Shown: piece by piece, positions 54,663 to 64,000 of the stretch
How positions within the stretch are numbered: position 1 is the stretch's first letter
Layout of the letters: each line of letters opens with the position of its first letter
NCBI GenBank assembly: GCA_965208575.1
Contig: CBDBOV010000005.1
Span: 1,197,092 to 1,261,091, forward strand
Direction of reading: 5' to 3'
DNA length: 64,000 bases
From: Spirochaetia bacterium
GTDB taxonomy: Bacteria > Spirochaetota > Spirochaetia > SZUA-6 > Bin103
The notes under the pieces: generated by a model
Databases searched by the model: none
The model's input: the letters and a program-made list of their open reading frames with translations, nothing else
What the model was told of the DNA's origin: nothing
Program-made: the position numbers and the translations under genes

Positions 54663-55076
54663 ATGCGTATCGCGGTAGTATTCTTCGAGGGCAAGAATCG
54701 CAAACGGCTCCTGTCTCTGGCGCAGGCGCTGGCGAAAGGAATCGAGACGCAGGGCCACCAGGTCGATGTGATCGACGGCGCTCACGACATCAACAGCAAG
54801 CTTACCATCTACGGGTACGTTGCCATAGGAGGGGAGTCGATCACGACGTTTACCGGCAAGATTCCGGAGGTGGTCACCCGCTACCTGAAGAACGCGGGGA
54901 TGATCTCCGGCAAGCGCTGCTACGCATTCGTCGGCAAGAGCCCGATCAGCGCCAACCGCGCCCTGCAGCGGATCATGAAGGCGATGGAGGGAGAGGGCAT
55001 GTTCCTGAAGAATTCCGGCGTCCTCAACTCCGAGGTGGAAGCGCAAGAGGTGGGGCGCCGCCTGCACGTCTCCTGA
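54663..55076 (+). CDS. Flavodoxin-fold hypothetical protein
   Basis: MRIAVVF..LAQALAKGIE.QGH.V..ID...GKIP..GK.CYAFV..MEGEGM: alpha/beta flavodoxin-like pattern. Confidence 0.75.
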   Translation: MRIAVVFFEGKNRKRLLSLAQALAKGIETQGHQVDVIDGAHDINSKLTIYGYVAIGGESITTFTGKIPEVVTRYLKNAGMISGKRCYAFVGKSPISANRALQRIMKAMEGEGMFLKNSGVLNSEVEAQEVGRRLHVS

Positions 55077-55097
55077 GCCTGAGCGTTCGGAACGCGG

Positions 55098-55871
55098 CTA
55101 CTCCTTCCACGGGAATATCATGCCGCGCAGCGTGCGTTTCCCCACCCGGTCGCGGTCATCCACCAGCAGGGCGTCCCACGGAATCTCCTTGCGGTCGGCG
55201 TCCGGATGCTCCTCCAGGTAGTCGTACTTGTACAGACGCAGCTTCAGCGCGACGTTGTGCCAAACGAGAATCGCCGCAAGCCCCGGCAATATGCCGCCCG
55301 TGAACAGCGACACCAGCAGGATTGCCAAGGCCCCGACCGCGAGCATCAGCATCAGGCCGGTGTTGTCGAAGAACAGGAGCAGCATCTTGCGCACCATCTT
55401 GCGGGGATTGCGTTCCAGCCGCGACTGGATCGGAAAGAAGAACTGCGCCGCAAGGACCCAGCCGACAGTGACCCACAGCAGGATGATCTGGCCCATCATG
55501 CCGAGCACCGGTTGGTCCACCTGGGCGTACACGCGGATCGCCACCTGCAGGATCACGAAGTAGACGCCGTTGACCAGCGCGAACAGCAGCGTCGTTCGGT
55601 AGGTATCCCGGATCGCATCCCAGAACAGCGCAAAGCCGGGCGACTGGTAATCGGCGATCGCGCTCGCCACCGCGCTCGCCCCGCCGGTATAGACACAGAA
55701 ACAGGCGAGGGCAACGACCTGCAGCGCCAGGGTCAGGGAAAGCACCGGGGAAATCACCGGCGCGTACACGAGCAGAGCGACCGGGGCGTAGAACCCGATG
55801 TTCAGGAGCAACACCCGGAACAGGTTGTCCCACGTATCGAAAAACGCCTTCTTGACCAGAAATCCGAGCAT
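55098..55871 (-). CDS. Conserved hypothetical integral membrane protein
   Basis: MLGFLVKKAFFDTWDNL, ~6 TM helices, C-terminal LRLYKYDYLEE..IPWDALL..RTLRGMIFPWKE. Confidence 0.8.
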   Translation of the reverse strand: MLGFLVKKAFFDTWDNLFRVLLLNIGFYAPVALLVYAPVISPVLSLTLALQVVALACFCVYTGGASAVASAIADYQSPGFALFWDAIRDTYRTTLLFALVNGVYFVILQVAIRVYAQVDQPVLGMMGQIILLWVTVGWVLAAQFFFPIQSRLERNPRKMVRKMLLLFFDNTGLMLMLAVGALAILLVSLFTGGILPGLAAILVWHNVALKLRLYKYDYLEEHPDADRKEIPWDALLVDDRDRVGKRTLRGMIFPWKE

Positions 55872-56008
55872 CTTGGGCAGTCGTGTGCTTCCTTGTATCA
55901 CGGTACCGGGCGGTATACAACAACCGCCCGGCGGCTCCCGGCGGCTCCCTCGGGCGCCCCCCGCCAGGCCGCCCGCACCGGGCCGCGGCAGGGCCCCGGC
56001 AGAGTGCA

Positions 56009-56039
56009 CTTGACAGTCAAGAAATCCACGTCCTACAAT
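56009..56039 (+). promoter_or_regulatory. Sigma70-type promoter with palindrome over the -35 box
   Basis: TTGACA (56010-56015), 18 nt, TACAAT (56034-56039). CTTGAC-A-GTCAAG inverted repeat at 56009-56021. Confidence 0.65.
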
Positions 56040-56130
56040 CGGCGACGATAGCTGGCGGACGGGCCGCCAGATTATCGGGCGGGCAGTTCAGGGAGGGGCA
56101 GCCCCCGTCACGGCCACATGGGGTTGTGCC

Positions 56131-56928
56131 TTGTCTCCCAACCACTACAAGACCCTCGGTATTTCGCCGCGGGCCAGCGCCGTCGAGATCAAACGCTCGT
56201 TTCGCAGACGCGCTAAAGAGCTCCATCCCGACACCGCACTCGTCGGCTCCGACGAGCGCATGCGTTCGTTGATCGATGCCTACGAGGTGCTCAGCGATCC
56301 ACAGCGGCGCATCAACTACGATCGCACCCACGCGAGCCTGTTCCGCACCGTCACGTTCGACTACCGCGAGTTTCTCAGGCAGCGCCGCCACGACTACGTA
56401 AGTCAGTCCAAGCTCATCTTCTATGATCTGCTGAACTCCCACGACGAGGAGGCGTTGGAGACCTACGAACAACTCCTCATGGCCCATATCGACCTGCGCA
56501 AGTACATGTCTCACGAGGACTTCATGGACTGCTCGTTCCTCCTCGCGGAAGCGTTCGAGCGGCGCGGCGACCTGGTGCGGTCGGCGGACCTGTACCGGCG
56601 GCTCTACCTGTATGAGCGTGAACGCCCCTACTTCCACCACTTCGTCGACGAGGTTGTGGACCGGCTGCGCACCCTGATCTGCTTCAAGATGGTGCCGCAG
56701 TTGCCGGCGGACTTGGTTGTCGCGCACATCGAGAACCTGATCGACATGGACATCTCGCGCAAGGACTCGGCGTTCTTTCACAAGAAGATTGCCGAAATCT
56801 ACTCCAGCAACGGCGACAACGGCCGCGCCGCCGAGCACCTGCGCCGGGGGCTGGCCCTGGACACCAAGCTCGCCGGCGTCAAGAAGCTCAAGGAGAAGAT
56901 CGGCTTTCCCGAACTGGCCGCCACCTAG
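56131..56928 (+). CDS. J-domain (DnaJ-like) protein with helical/TPR-like C-terminus
   Basis: HYKTLG..IKRSFRRRAKELHPD..AYEVLSDP..R..YD (HPD motif). Confidence 0.9.
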   Translation: MSPNHYKTLGISPRASAVEIKRSFRRRAKELHPDTALVGSDERMRSLIDAYEVLSDPQRRINYDRTHASLFRTVTFDYREFLRQRRHDYVSQSKLIFYDLLNSHDEEALETYEQLLMAHIDLRKYMSHEDFMDCSFLLAEAFERRGDLVRSADLYRRLYLYERERPYFHHFVDEVVDRLRTLICFKMVPQLPADLVVAHIENLIDMDISRKDSAFFHKKIAEIYSSNGDNGRAAEHLRRGLALDTKLAGVKKLKEKIGFPELAAT

Positions 56929-57136
56929 GAGCCGGTCGGGTTCCGCCACGCCCCCAGGCGGGCCGGTTGGGCCACAGCGCCGCCCGCGGCGGCGGTTCTG
57001 GGGCGCTGGCCGAGACCTGGCCGCGACCGCGGACCGGTGGGCGATTCATGCCGCCGGCACGGCGGTAGCCACCGTTTGTGACCGCAGCGTTCGTCCTGCG
57101 ACCGTGGCGCGTGGTATATTGCGTCCCGGAGGAGCA

Positions 57137-58204
57137 GTGGTCGCCCGCACAACCTGTCTTGCGCTCATTCTCGCCAGCTTGCTTCCGGCCGCGGTCGCCT
57201 CGCAGGCAATCGACCGCCCGGCCGCCACGGTACGGCTGCACAAGACCGATGTGATCGGAATACGCGAACTGCGCACGCAGATCGAGTTGCTCGAGTTGCG
57301 TACCGGTCAGCCGGTTCCGGCGGAACAGCGCCCTGCCATCCTGGATCTCCTGGTCGGGGAGAGACTGTTCGATCAAGCGGCGGAGCGCGAACGCGTGACG
57401 GTGAGCGACGCCGACGTGGACACGCGCATCGGGCAGCTTCGCGATCAGGAAGGGCACCGCCTGAACCTGGGCCGCGCGTTGACCGATGCCGAGTACCGGT
57501 CGCTGGTCAGCGAGACGGGTCTGTCCTGGGATGAGTACCGCGAGCAGCTTCGCAAGGCGCTCATTCAACAGCGCTACGTGGCGCGCGTCCGCGGCGACGA
57601 GCTGCGCGCCGTCGAGTTGCCCACCGCGGAGGACGTCGAGGCGTTTTACGAGGCAAACAAGACCACCGTGTTCGTCCAGCCCGACATGGTGCAGTTCAAG
57701 CACATCTTCTTCGACACCCGCACTGTCAACGAGGCATCGGCACGCCTCGCGGTGCGCGAGCGCGCCGAGCGGGTGCATCGCGAACTGGTGAACGGCGCCC
57801 GGTTCGACAACCTGGTGCGCACCTATTCCGAGGACGCGGAGTCGCACGACTCGGGCGGGCTGTTCGGTACTTACCTGCGGCGCGATGACCAGGCGACCAG
57901 CCAGCTCCTGGGGCGGGAATTCTTCGACGCGCCGTTCGCCATGGACGAGGGCGAGACCAGCGGCGTGCTGCGCTCCAACGTCGGATTTCACATCGTGCGC
58001 GTGGTCGACAAGGTGTCGGCGCGTATCCTCGGCCTCGACGATCCGGTCAACCCGATGTCGGAGAGCACGGTACGCGACCAGATCCGCGTGCTGCTGGCGA
58101 ACAGCGTGCAGACCCAGGCGTACCAGAGCGCCTTGCTGGCAACCCTGGACGATCTGCGGCGGCAGGCGGAAGTGCGCATCTTCGAGGAGAATCTCCGGTG
58201 GTAG
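57137..58204 (+). CDS. SurA-like parvulin peptidylprolyl isomerase
   Basis: Signal peptide, SurA N-domain (ILDLLVGERLFDQAA), parvulin motifs HIFF..F..LVRTYSED..SGG..F.M..GETSGV.RSNVGFHIV. GGAGGAG RBS. Confidence 0.88.
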   Translation: MVARTTCLALILASLLPAAVASQAIDRPAATVRLHKTDVIGIRELRTQIELLELRTGQPVPAEQRPAILDLLVGERLFDQAAERERVTVSDADVDTRIGQLRDQEGHRLNLGRALTDAEYRSLVSETGLSWDEYREQLRKALIQQRYVARVRGDELRAVELPTAEDVEAFYEANKTTVFVQPDMVQFKHIFFDTRTVNEASARLAVRERAERVHRELVNGARFDNLVRTYSEDAESHDSGGLFGTYLRRDDQATSQLLGREFFDAPFAMDEGETSGVLRSNVGFHIVRVVDKVSARILGLDDPVNPMSESTVRDQIRVLLANSVQTQAYQSALLATLDDLRRQAEVRIFEENLRW

Positions 58205-58235
58205 GGCGTCGTCCTGCCGGCACCTGCGGTCGGTG

Positions 58236-58682
58236 ATGCGCAAGCGGCGCGACGCGCGGACGATCGCCGTGCAGTCGATGTACCGGTTCGAAATATCACG
58301 CGCACCGCTCGAGGAGTTGCTCGACTACTCGTGGATCGGCGCGCAGCGGCGGCGCAGCATGGCGCCGGCCACGCTCGAATTCGCCTCCCTGCTGATCGCC
58401 GGATGCATCGACAATCTGGATGCGATCGACCGCGAGATCGACCGCCACCTGGAACACTGGGACATCGAGCGCGTTTCGCGGATCGACCTGTCGGTGCTGC
58501 GCGTCGGCACCTACTGCCTGCTGCATCAGCGCGACATTCCCGCCGAGGTAACGATCGACGAGAGCGTCGCCGCGGCCCGGCAGTTCGGCGGAGAGCACTC
58601 CTACCGGTTCGTGAATGGCGTGCTCGACGGCATTTACCGGCGGTTTGGCGCCGCACGGGGCACGGTCGCCACGGGCTGTTGA
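58236..58682 (+). CDS. nusB: Transcription antitermination factor NusB
   Basis: RRDARTIAVQSMY, ID..I..HLEHW..ER....DLSVLR, IDESV..A.QFG...SYRFVNGVLD. Confidence 0.95.
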   Translation: MRKRRDARTIAVQSMYRFEISRAPLEELLDYSWIGAQRRRSMAPATLEFASLLIAGCIDNLDAIDREIDRHLEHWDIERVSRIDLSVLRVGTYCLLHQRDIPAEVTIDESVAAARQFGGEHSYRFVNGVLDGIYRRFGAARGTVATGC

Positions 58683-59431
58683 TGGATACCGTGGTCCTTT
58701 GGTGCAGTTCCGTGCGGTTGGTCTTGGCGCACCGTTTCCCCAATGGTAGGGTGGCCGCGGTGATTTGCTTGTACCGGTGGTCCCGGACCACTGCGCTTGG
58801 GGTCCTGCTGCTGGTCGCGATGCTGGCCCTGCCAGCCGTCGCGCATGCACAGGATCAGGATGAAGAAGGCAGCGGGGAGGTAGCCGAACCGTTGGTCGCG
58901 CCGCGCTACGGATTGGGAGACAGCACGCTGGCCATGCGGCTGGGAATTGCCTTGCCGCTGTTCCTGCTCGCGACCGACGAGGTGGAAACCCCGGACGGCA
59001 AGAAGGATCACGTGCTTCCGGCCAACCTGTCCGTGGTAGGCACGGCCGCCGTCAATTGGAATGTCTACTTGGACGAGTCGTTCACGATCGGTGCGGAGCT
59101 GGGCGGCGGTCTGGGCGTCGACATAAACGACGCCCTCTGGTACATGGTGCCGATCCTGGTCCGTACCGGATACGTGATCAGCCTGCCGCAGATGGAGATT
59201 CCGATCAGTGCCGGAATCGGCGCCGTGGTGATGCGCCTGGTGGACAACACCCGCGTGGCATTCGCGCTGCAACCCGGCGCGGGATTTCTGTGGCGCGCCA
59301 CCCCCGATTGGTCATTCGGCGTCACGCTCGAGTACTGGTTCTCCTGGGAACCGCCGTGGGCGGACGCGAACGATCCGCACTTCTTCGGCAACTTCGCAAG
59401 CGCCACCGCTACCGCGGTGTACCACTTCTGA
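58682..59431 (+). CDS. Outer-membrane beta-barrel protein (TP0733/OmpW-like)
   Basis: Signal peptide ending AHA, alternating beta strands, terminal ..AVYHF. Start may be a later GTG. Confidence 0.7.
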   Translation: MDTVVLWCSSVRLVLAHRFPNGRVAAVICLYRWSRTTALGVLLLVAMLALPAVAHAQDQDEEGSGEVAEPLVAPRYGLGDSTLAMRLGIALPLFLLATDEVETPDGKKDHVLPANLSVVGTAAVNWNVYLDESFTIGAELGGGLGVDINDALWYMVPILVRTGYVISLPQMEIPISAGIGAVVMRLVDNTRVAFALQPGAGFLWRATPDWSFGVTLEYWFSWEPPWADANDPHFFGNFASATATAVYHF

Positions 59432-60522
59432 TGGCTGCACGCGACACGATGCCGGGCGGGCGGGGCGGCGCGCACGCCGGTCGGTACCTGCCGGGCTTGT
59501 TGTTGACACTGTTGTCGTCGACACTGTTGCTGGTAGTGGCGTGTGAGAGCAGCGTGCCCGGAATATTCCACACGCTGGCCACCGAGAACGAGCGGGACAA
59601 TCGCAACCTGCCCGACGACCTGACCGTCAGCGCGGTGGCGGCGGTGGACGGAATCTACTACGTGGCCGCGCACGGGATGTGGAGCCGGCCGGCCGCGCGG
59701 GACAGTTGGCAGGCGGTAGCGCGTCCGCGGTCGGGTTCCTCCGAGATGCCCGTGCTCGCCATGACGCAGAGCGGCGGTACGCTGTGCGTGGGCACCGAGA
59801 ATGGCGTGTACCGTGCTGCCGCCGATCCGAAGTCGCCGCGCTGGCTCCGGGCCGACGGGGTCCCGGGGCAGATCGTGCGCGTGTTCGCGATCCTCGGCGG
59901 CGAGCAGGAGATTCTGGCGATTACCGCTGATCACGAGGTTTACCTGAGCACGAACGCTTGCGAGGACTTCATCGAAGTGACGCCGGTCGGCGCGGACGGG
60001 CGCCCGTTCGACGCGTTCCACGACGGAAACCGGTACTGGTTGACCGTCGGGAATACGGTGTACTCGGGGGCCGATCTGCGCAGCCTTGCACCGGAAGACA
60101 CGCCGCAGGCGGCCGAGGCGCAGTTTCGCGGCATCTGGTGCTTCACGGGTGGCGGGCGATGCCTGTTCGCCAACGACGTCGGCGAGGTCTGGGAACACGA
60201 CGGCAACGGGTGGGAGCTTCTCGGACAGATCGAGCCGCCCGGCGACGAGGAACCAACGTTGCCCCTGACGCTGTTCACCCAGATCGGCGGCCAGGTTCTG
60301 GTCGGCACGCGCGGTTACGGATTCTACCAGTTTGCCGAGCAGGCCCTGGACCTCGACGACGTCAGGCGCGGCCCGCGCAGCACCAGCCAACTGTACCGCG
60401 CGCACGTGACCGTGTTCGCCCGGCACGGGACACTGCTGTTCGCCGGTACCGCCGGCGACGGGCTGTCCAGCATCGACATCGGCACGGCCGCGAGGGACAC
60501 CGGAACCTGGGATTGGGAGTAG
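59431..60522 (+). CDS. Hypothetical lipoprotein, beta-propeller-like
   Basis: Lipobox LLVVAC. Repeated short strands (LCVGT.NGVY, VLVGTRGYG, LFAGTAGDGL). Confidence 0.7.
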   Translation: MAARDTMPGGRGGAHAGRYLPGLLLTLLSSTLLLVVACESSVPGIFHTLATENERDNRNLPDDLTVSAVAAVDGIYYVAAHGMWSRPAARDSWQAVARPRSGSSEMPVLAMTQSGGTLCVGTENGVYRAAADPKSPRWLRADGVPGQIVRVFAILGGEQEILAITADHEVYLSTNACEDFIEVTPVGADGRPFDAFHDGNRYWLTVGNTVYSGADLRSLAPEDTPQAAEAQFRGIWCFTGGGRCLFANDVGEVWEHDGNGWELLGQIEPPGDEEPTLPLTLFTQIGGQVLVGTRGYGFYQFAEQALDLDDVRRGPRSTSQLYRAHVTVFARHGTLLFAGTAGDGLSSIDIGTAARDTGTWDWE

Positions 60523-60552
60523 TCCGCCCACGACGGTGAGCGGGCGCCGACG

Positions 60553-61296
60553 CTAGCCCGTGAGGACTTCGGTGCGGTCCTTGAAGATCGCGACGGTGTG
60601 CTCGAAGTGGGCTGACGCCCGCCGATCACCGGTTACCACGGTCCAGCCATCGTCGAGCACCGAAATCTCGGAAGTTCCGAGGTTGAGCATCGGCTCGATC
60701 GCGAGCACCATGCCGGGCTTGAGCCGCGGATTTTCGCCGCCGGCCGGATAGTTCGGGACCTGCGGATCTTCGTGCACGGCGAAACCTACGCCGTGGCCGC
60801 AATATTGACGCACAACGCCGTAGCCGGCTGCGCGAGCACGTTCGTAGATGGCGTTGGAGATGTCGCGGATGCGATTCCCCGCCACCGCCTGCCCGATTCC
60901 CACGCGCAGGCACTCCTCGGTGACCTCCAGGAGTCGCTGCAGCTCCTCCGATACCCCGCCTACGGGGACCGTGAGCGCCGCGTCGGCGAAGTATCCGTCG
61001 ATCTCGACTCCCAGATCCAGGCCGACGATGTCACCGGCGCGCAGCCTCCGCTTGCCGGGAATGCCGTGAATCACCTCGTCGTTGATGGACGCGCAGATGG
61101 CCGCCGGATAGTCCATGTATCCAAGGAACGCCGGGCGCGCGCCGCGCGAGGTGAGAAACCGCGATGCGATTTCGTTCAGCTCGGCGGTGGTAATGCCGGG
61201 GCGCACGCTGCGGCGCAACAGGCAGAGGCTCTCCTTGACCAGGGCTGCCGACTGCCGAATGCGCGCGATGTCGGCGTCGCTCTTCAGCCGTCTCAC
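60553..61296 (-). CDS. map: Type I methionyl aminopeptidase
   Basis: CASINDEVIHGIP, DLG..DGYFAD, GHGVG..VHEDP, AIEPM, AHFEHT. Confidence 0.97.
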   Translation of the reverse strand: MRRLKSDADIARIRQSAALVKESLCLLRRSVRPGITTAELNEIASRFLTSRGARPAFLGYMDYPAAICASINDEVIHGIPGKRRLRAGDIVGLDLGVEIDGYFADAALTVPVGGVSEELQRLLEVTEECLRVGIGQAVAGNRIRDISNAIYERARAAGYGVVRQYCGHGVGFAVHEDPQVPNYPAGGENPRLKPGMVLAIEPMLNLGTSEISVLDDGWTVVTGDRRASAHFEHTVAIFKDRTEVLTG

Positions 61297-61733
61297 CGCG
61301 GTCCTTCGAGCCGGAGCGGCTTGCCTTGGGTGTCCGAGAACGCTTCCTCGGCATCCGCTCCGTATGCGCTGCGGACCGCATCGACGACGGTATCCGGTTG
61401 ATCCTGCGTGATGGTGACGTTACCGCTGTGAACGACCCCCGGCTCGAGGGTGAGCTTGGGGGTGGTGATGCTGCCGAGTACCTTGCCGGTCTGTGCCACG
61501 TACACTTCTTCATTGGCCTTGATATTGCCGATGAAGGTGCCGGCCACTACCACCTTGCCGGTCGCGATGTCGGTCTTGGCCTGACCGGTGGGGCCGATGA
61601 TCACGTCCCCCTCGGTGTGAATGTCGCCCTGGAACTTGCCCTCGATTCGAATCGTCCCGCTTATGTGAAGCTTGCCGTGGAAGATCGACCCGGCGCCGAT
61701 GGTGCAGTTCGCGGCCACGTGCCTCGCCGCCAT
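61293..61733 (-). CDS. Polymer-forming cytoskeletal protein (bactofilin)
   Basis: TIGAGSIFHGKLHISGTIRIEGKFQGDI..IIG.TG..G...GNI.A..V..TGKV.G.I....L.LE.G beta-helix repeats. Confidence 0.92.
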   Translation of the reverse strand: MAARHVAANCTIGAGSIFHGKLHISGTIRIEGKFQGDIHTEGDVIIGPTGQAKTDIATGKVVVAGTFIGNIKANEEVYVAQTGKVLGSITTPKLTLEPGVVHSGNVTITQDQPDTVVDAVRSAYGADAEEAFSDTQGKPLRLEGPR

Positions 61734-62044
61734 GTTCGCCGTCCTATCTCCGCCGCGCGGTCGATGCGTGAATATCGGTTGTCATCTCCCCTTCCAGGTC
61801 GTGGAACGACCGTGTCGCCTGCGCTGGTCCGAAAAGCCGGCCGGCGGGCGATGCTTCGGCATCGGTTTCATCGTCTTCCATGTCACGGAGTGACCGTTCA
61901 GACTCAACGAGTCTCCAGCACCATACCGAATAGCCATCGAGGCTGCAAGGCAAATACCTGTCGGCCCTGTCGGGCCGATCCACGGCCAAGCCGGTGGACG
62001 CCGGGTGCGACGGATCGCTACCTTTGGATGCGAGGGGGCCGATC

Positions 62045-62269
62045 ATGTCGGATATCGTGCCGCGAGAGAAGGTATCGCAACAGGGCGTGCGCGCCGCGGG
62101 AGGTGTGGCAGGGGCGCTCGCCCTGCTGTTGCTCGGACCGTTGGTAGGCATGCTGCCGGTGTTGGGCGGCGTGCTGAAGGCGTTGATGAGTATCGGCGGC
62201 ATTGGCCTGCTTGGTTTCGGCGGATACAACCTGTTCCAGTTCATCCGCAACCTGCGCCGCCGCATGTAG
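62045..62269 (+). CDS. Small hypothetical membrane protein
   Basis: MSDIVPREKVSQQG..GG.AG + two TM helices + GGYNLFQFIRNLRRRM. GAGGGGG RBS. Confidence 0.65.
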   Translation: MSDIVPREKVSQQGVRAAGGVAGALALLLLGPLVGMLPVLGGVLKALMSIGGIGLLGFGGYNLFQFIRNLRRRM

Positions 62270-62301
62270 GCCCGGCAACCCACGTTGCACGCGGGCAGCG
62301 G

Positions 62302-62802
62302 ATGAAACCTGCCGATAATCAATCCGTGAAGGACCGCCCACCGCTTCCCTGGAGAGTGTTCGGCGTCATCGGGTTGTTGATCGTGGTGACCGCCTATTCG
62401 GCGTTGAATCTGGAGAACCGTTCGGACGTGTCGCTGGGTGTGTACACCTTCCGTGGCGTGCCGGTGTTTCTCACCAGCCTGATCGCGCTTATTCTGGGCG
62501 CCGTTCTGGTCGTGCCCATGACCCTGCGCAAGCGCGTGCGGCGGTATGCCGCCGCCGACGCCGACGCCGCCGACGCCGATGTGGCGGTGGCCGTCGAACC
62601 GGTACCCGACGAACCCGAGCCCGCGGTGCGCGACGAACCGCCGCAGCATGACGGCCCGGGCGAAGCGCGGCACACGGAGGATGCGCCTCGCCGGCGCGTG
62701 CGTTGGCCGTTCGGTGCCCGGCATCGGGACCGGGATCCGGCCGGCGTCCCGATGGGCGACCGCGGCACCGGCGGCGACCGCGATGCTGGCGGTGGCGGCT
62801 AA
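62302..62802 (+). CDS. LapA/DUF1049-like membrane protein
   Basis: TM helix, LNLENRSDVSLGVYTFRGVPVF, TM helix, then disordered tail. Confidence 0.65.
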   Translation: MKPADNQSVKDRPPLPWRVFGVIGLLIVVTAYSALNLENRSDVSLGVYTFRGVPVFLTSLIALILGAVLVVPMTLRKRVRRYAAADADAADADVAVAVEPVPDEPEPAVRDEPPQHDGPGEARHTEDAPRRRVRWPFGARHRDRDPAGVPMGDRGTGGDRDAGGGG

Positions 62803-64000
62803 CTCGGGAGCGTCGATCACCGCGCCGCCCGCAGTCTGCGTCCGGTCGCGGCTGCGGAACCCGCTCGCAGCCTGCCTGATTGCCCTTGCGGCCACGGTGG
62901 CGGTGCCGACCGCACACTCGGCGCAGCCGCCCGGCGATGCGGCAGCCGACCTCGCGGCCAGCGGGCGGCTGGACGCCGCACTGGCGTTGCTGGATGGATG
63001 GCTCGCCGAGCATCCAGGCGACGCACGCCTGTTCCGGGTGGTGTTGCAGGTGGTCACCGCCGCCCCGGAACAGAGCACGGTGGATGCGGTGCTGGGGCGC
63101 TTCGAACACGCGCTGGCGGTGGACAACGTGGGCGTGTTGCGGGCGGTTCCGGCTGACTTGGCCGAGTTGCGCGGTGGCGTCGAGCGAGCCCTCGCCGAAC
63201 TCCGCCGGTCGCGACTTCCCGATGCGGCCGGGCGCCGGGCGTTGCTGCTCCTGGAGCTCGGGCAGATCGGCGATGGAGCGCCACCTCGGGACGCACCGGT
63301 GGCGATGCACGCGGGCCTGGCACGTGCCGGCCAGGGCCTGGAACAGTCTACCCTGGAGCGATCTCTGCGCACGGCGTTCGCCGACGCCGGACAAGCCGGC
63401 GGCGGCGCGGACGGAGCGGTAGCCGGTTACGGTCTGGTGGCCCTGCTGAACGCCTCGGAACGTTCCCGGGAGGCGTCCGCCGTGCTCGCCGAACTGGGAC
63501 GCCGCTATCCGCGCAGTCCCGAATACGCGTTGGCGGCGGCCGAGCTGGGCGTCGGCCAGGCCAACCCCGGTGTCGCGTTGCCGCCGGTGGTGGCGCTGCC
63601 GTCGCCGGCAATGTTGCTCGCCCGTGCCATGTTGGCGTGTCCGGCTCCCTGTACGATACCCGCGGTCGCACTGCCGCAGCCGGCCGCGCCGAAAGCGCGG
63701 CCGTCGTCGGCGGTAGCGGCCGCCGGGCCGCGGCAGACCGAGGTTGCCCGCGTGGCGGCGACCGCGCCGCCGCCCGCCTCGCCGCCAAGCGAACCGCGTG
63801 GCGAACAGCCACCGGACCGGGTCGTGCTGGTACCCGCGCGCGTGGCGGAGCCGGCCCCCGCGCAGCGGCAACCTGACGCGGACTCGCCCGCGGTGCCGCG
63901 TCCGGCGCCTGCCGCCGCTACGGGTGGCGGGAGCCGGACCGCGGGCTCCGGTGCCGCGGCTCGCCCGGCCGAGGCGGCAGAAGCGGGGGCCGCCGCCACG
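62783..64000 (+). CDS. Secreted helical (TPR-like) protein with Pro/Ala-rich linker, runs off window end
   Basis: Absent from the ORF track because no stop falls in the window. My translation: ..LAACLIALAATVAVPTAHS|AQ..ALALLDGWLAEHP..LGRRYPRSPEYALA.. then a P/A-rich tract. Confidence 0.6.
   Translation, partial: MLAVAANSGASITAPPAVCVRSRLRNPLAACLIALAATVAVPTAHSAQPPGDAAADLAASGRLDAALALLDGWLAEHPGDARLFRVVLQVVTAAPEQSTVDAVLGRFEHALAVDNVGVLRAVPADLAELRGGVERALAELRRSRLPDAAGRRALLLLELGQIGDGAPPRDAPVAMHAGLARAGQGLEQSTLERSLRTAFADAGQAGGGADGAVAGYGLVALLNASERSREASAVLAELGRRYPRSPEYALAAAELGVGQANPGVALPPVVALPSPAMLLARAMLACPAPCTIPAVALPQPAAPKARPSSAVAAAGPRQTEVARVAATAPPPASPPSEPRGEQPPDRVVLVPARVAEPAPAQRQPDADSPAVPRPAPAAATGGGSRTAGSGAAARPAEAAEAGAAAT

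Noticed and set aside
61744-61881. 45-aa ORF upstream of bactofilin
   Set aside because: No recognisable features. The region is better explained by RNA hairpins, though a leader peptide is not excluded.

Overview
A very GC-rich bacterial chromosomal segment, most likely from a Spirochaetota (Spirochaetaceae-like) genome. This is inferred from proteins resembling spirochaete-typical families: a TP0733-like beta-barrel, a Cys-motif pentapeptide protein, the yggS-hyp-rluD and dnaJ-like/surA/nusB blocks, and a spirochaete-type LptD. The left ~26 kb is accessory. It holds an ankyrin gene end, an ATPase remnant plus TPR pair, a folate/corrinoid methyl-transfer module, a giant repeat lipoprotein whose 3' end is echoed three times downstream, a MarR-regulated heterodimeric ABC exporter, an intact ISAs1 element (17-bp IRs, 8-bp target duplication), a P-loop-less YchF-like gene and a lipid-modification cluster built around a FumI-like aminotransferase. 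The right ~38 kb is housekeeping (pdxST, yggS, rluD, rsgA, mutS2, uvrA, lptD, phoH, ybeY, tlyC, pgk, tpiA, secG, nusB, map), with a complete F-type ATP synthase operon that looks Chloroflexota-derived. I found no rRNA, tRNA or true CRISPR array. All family assignments come from motif recognition by eye, not database searches.
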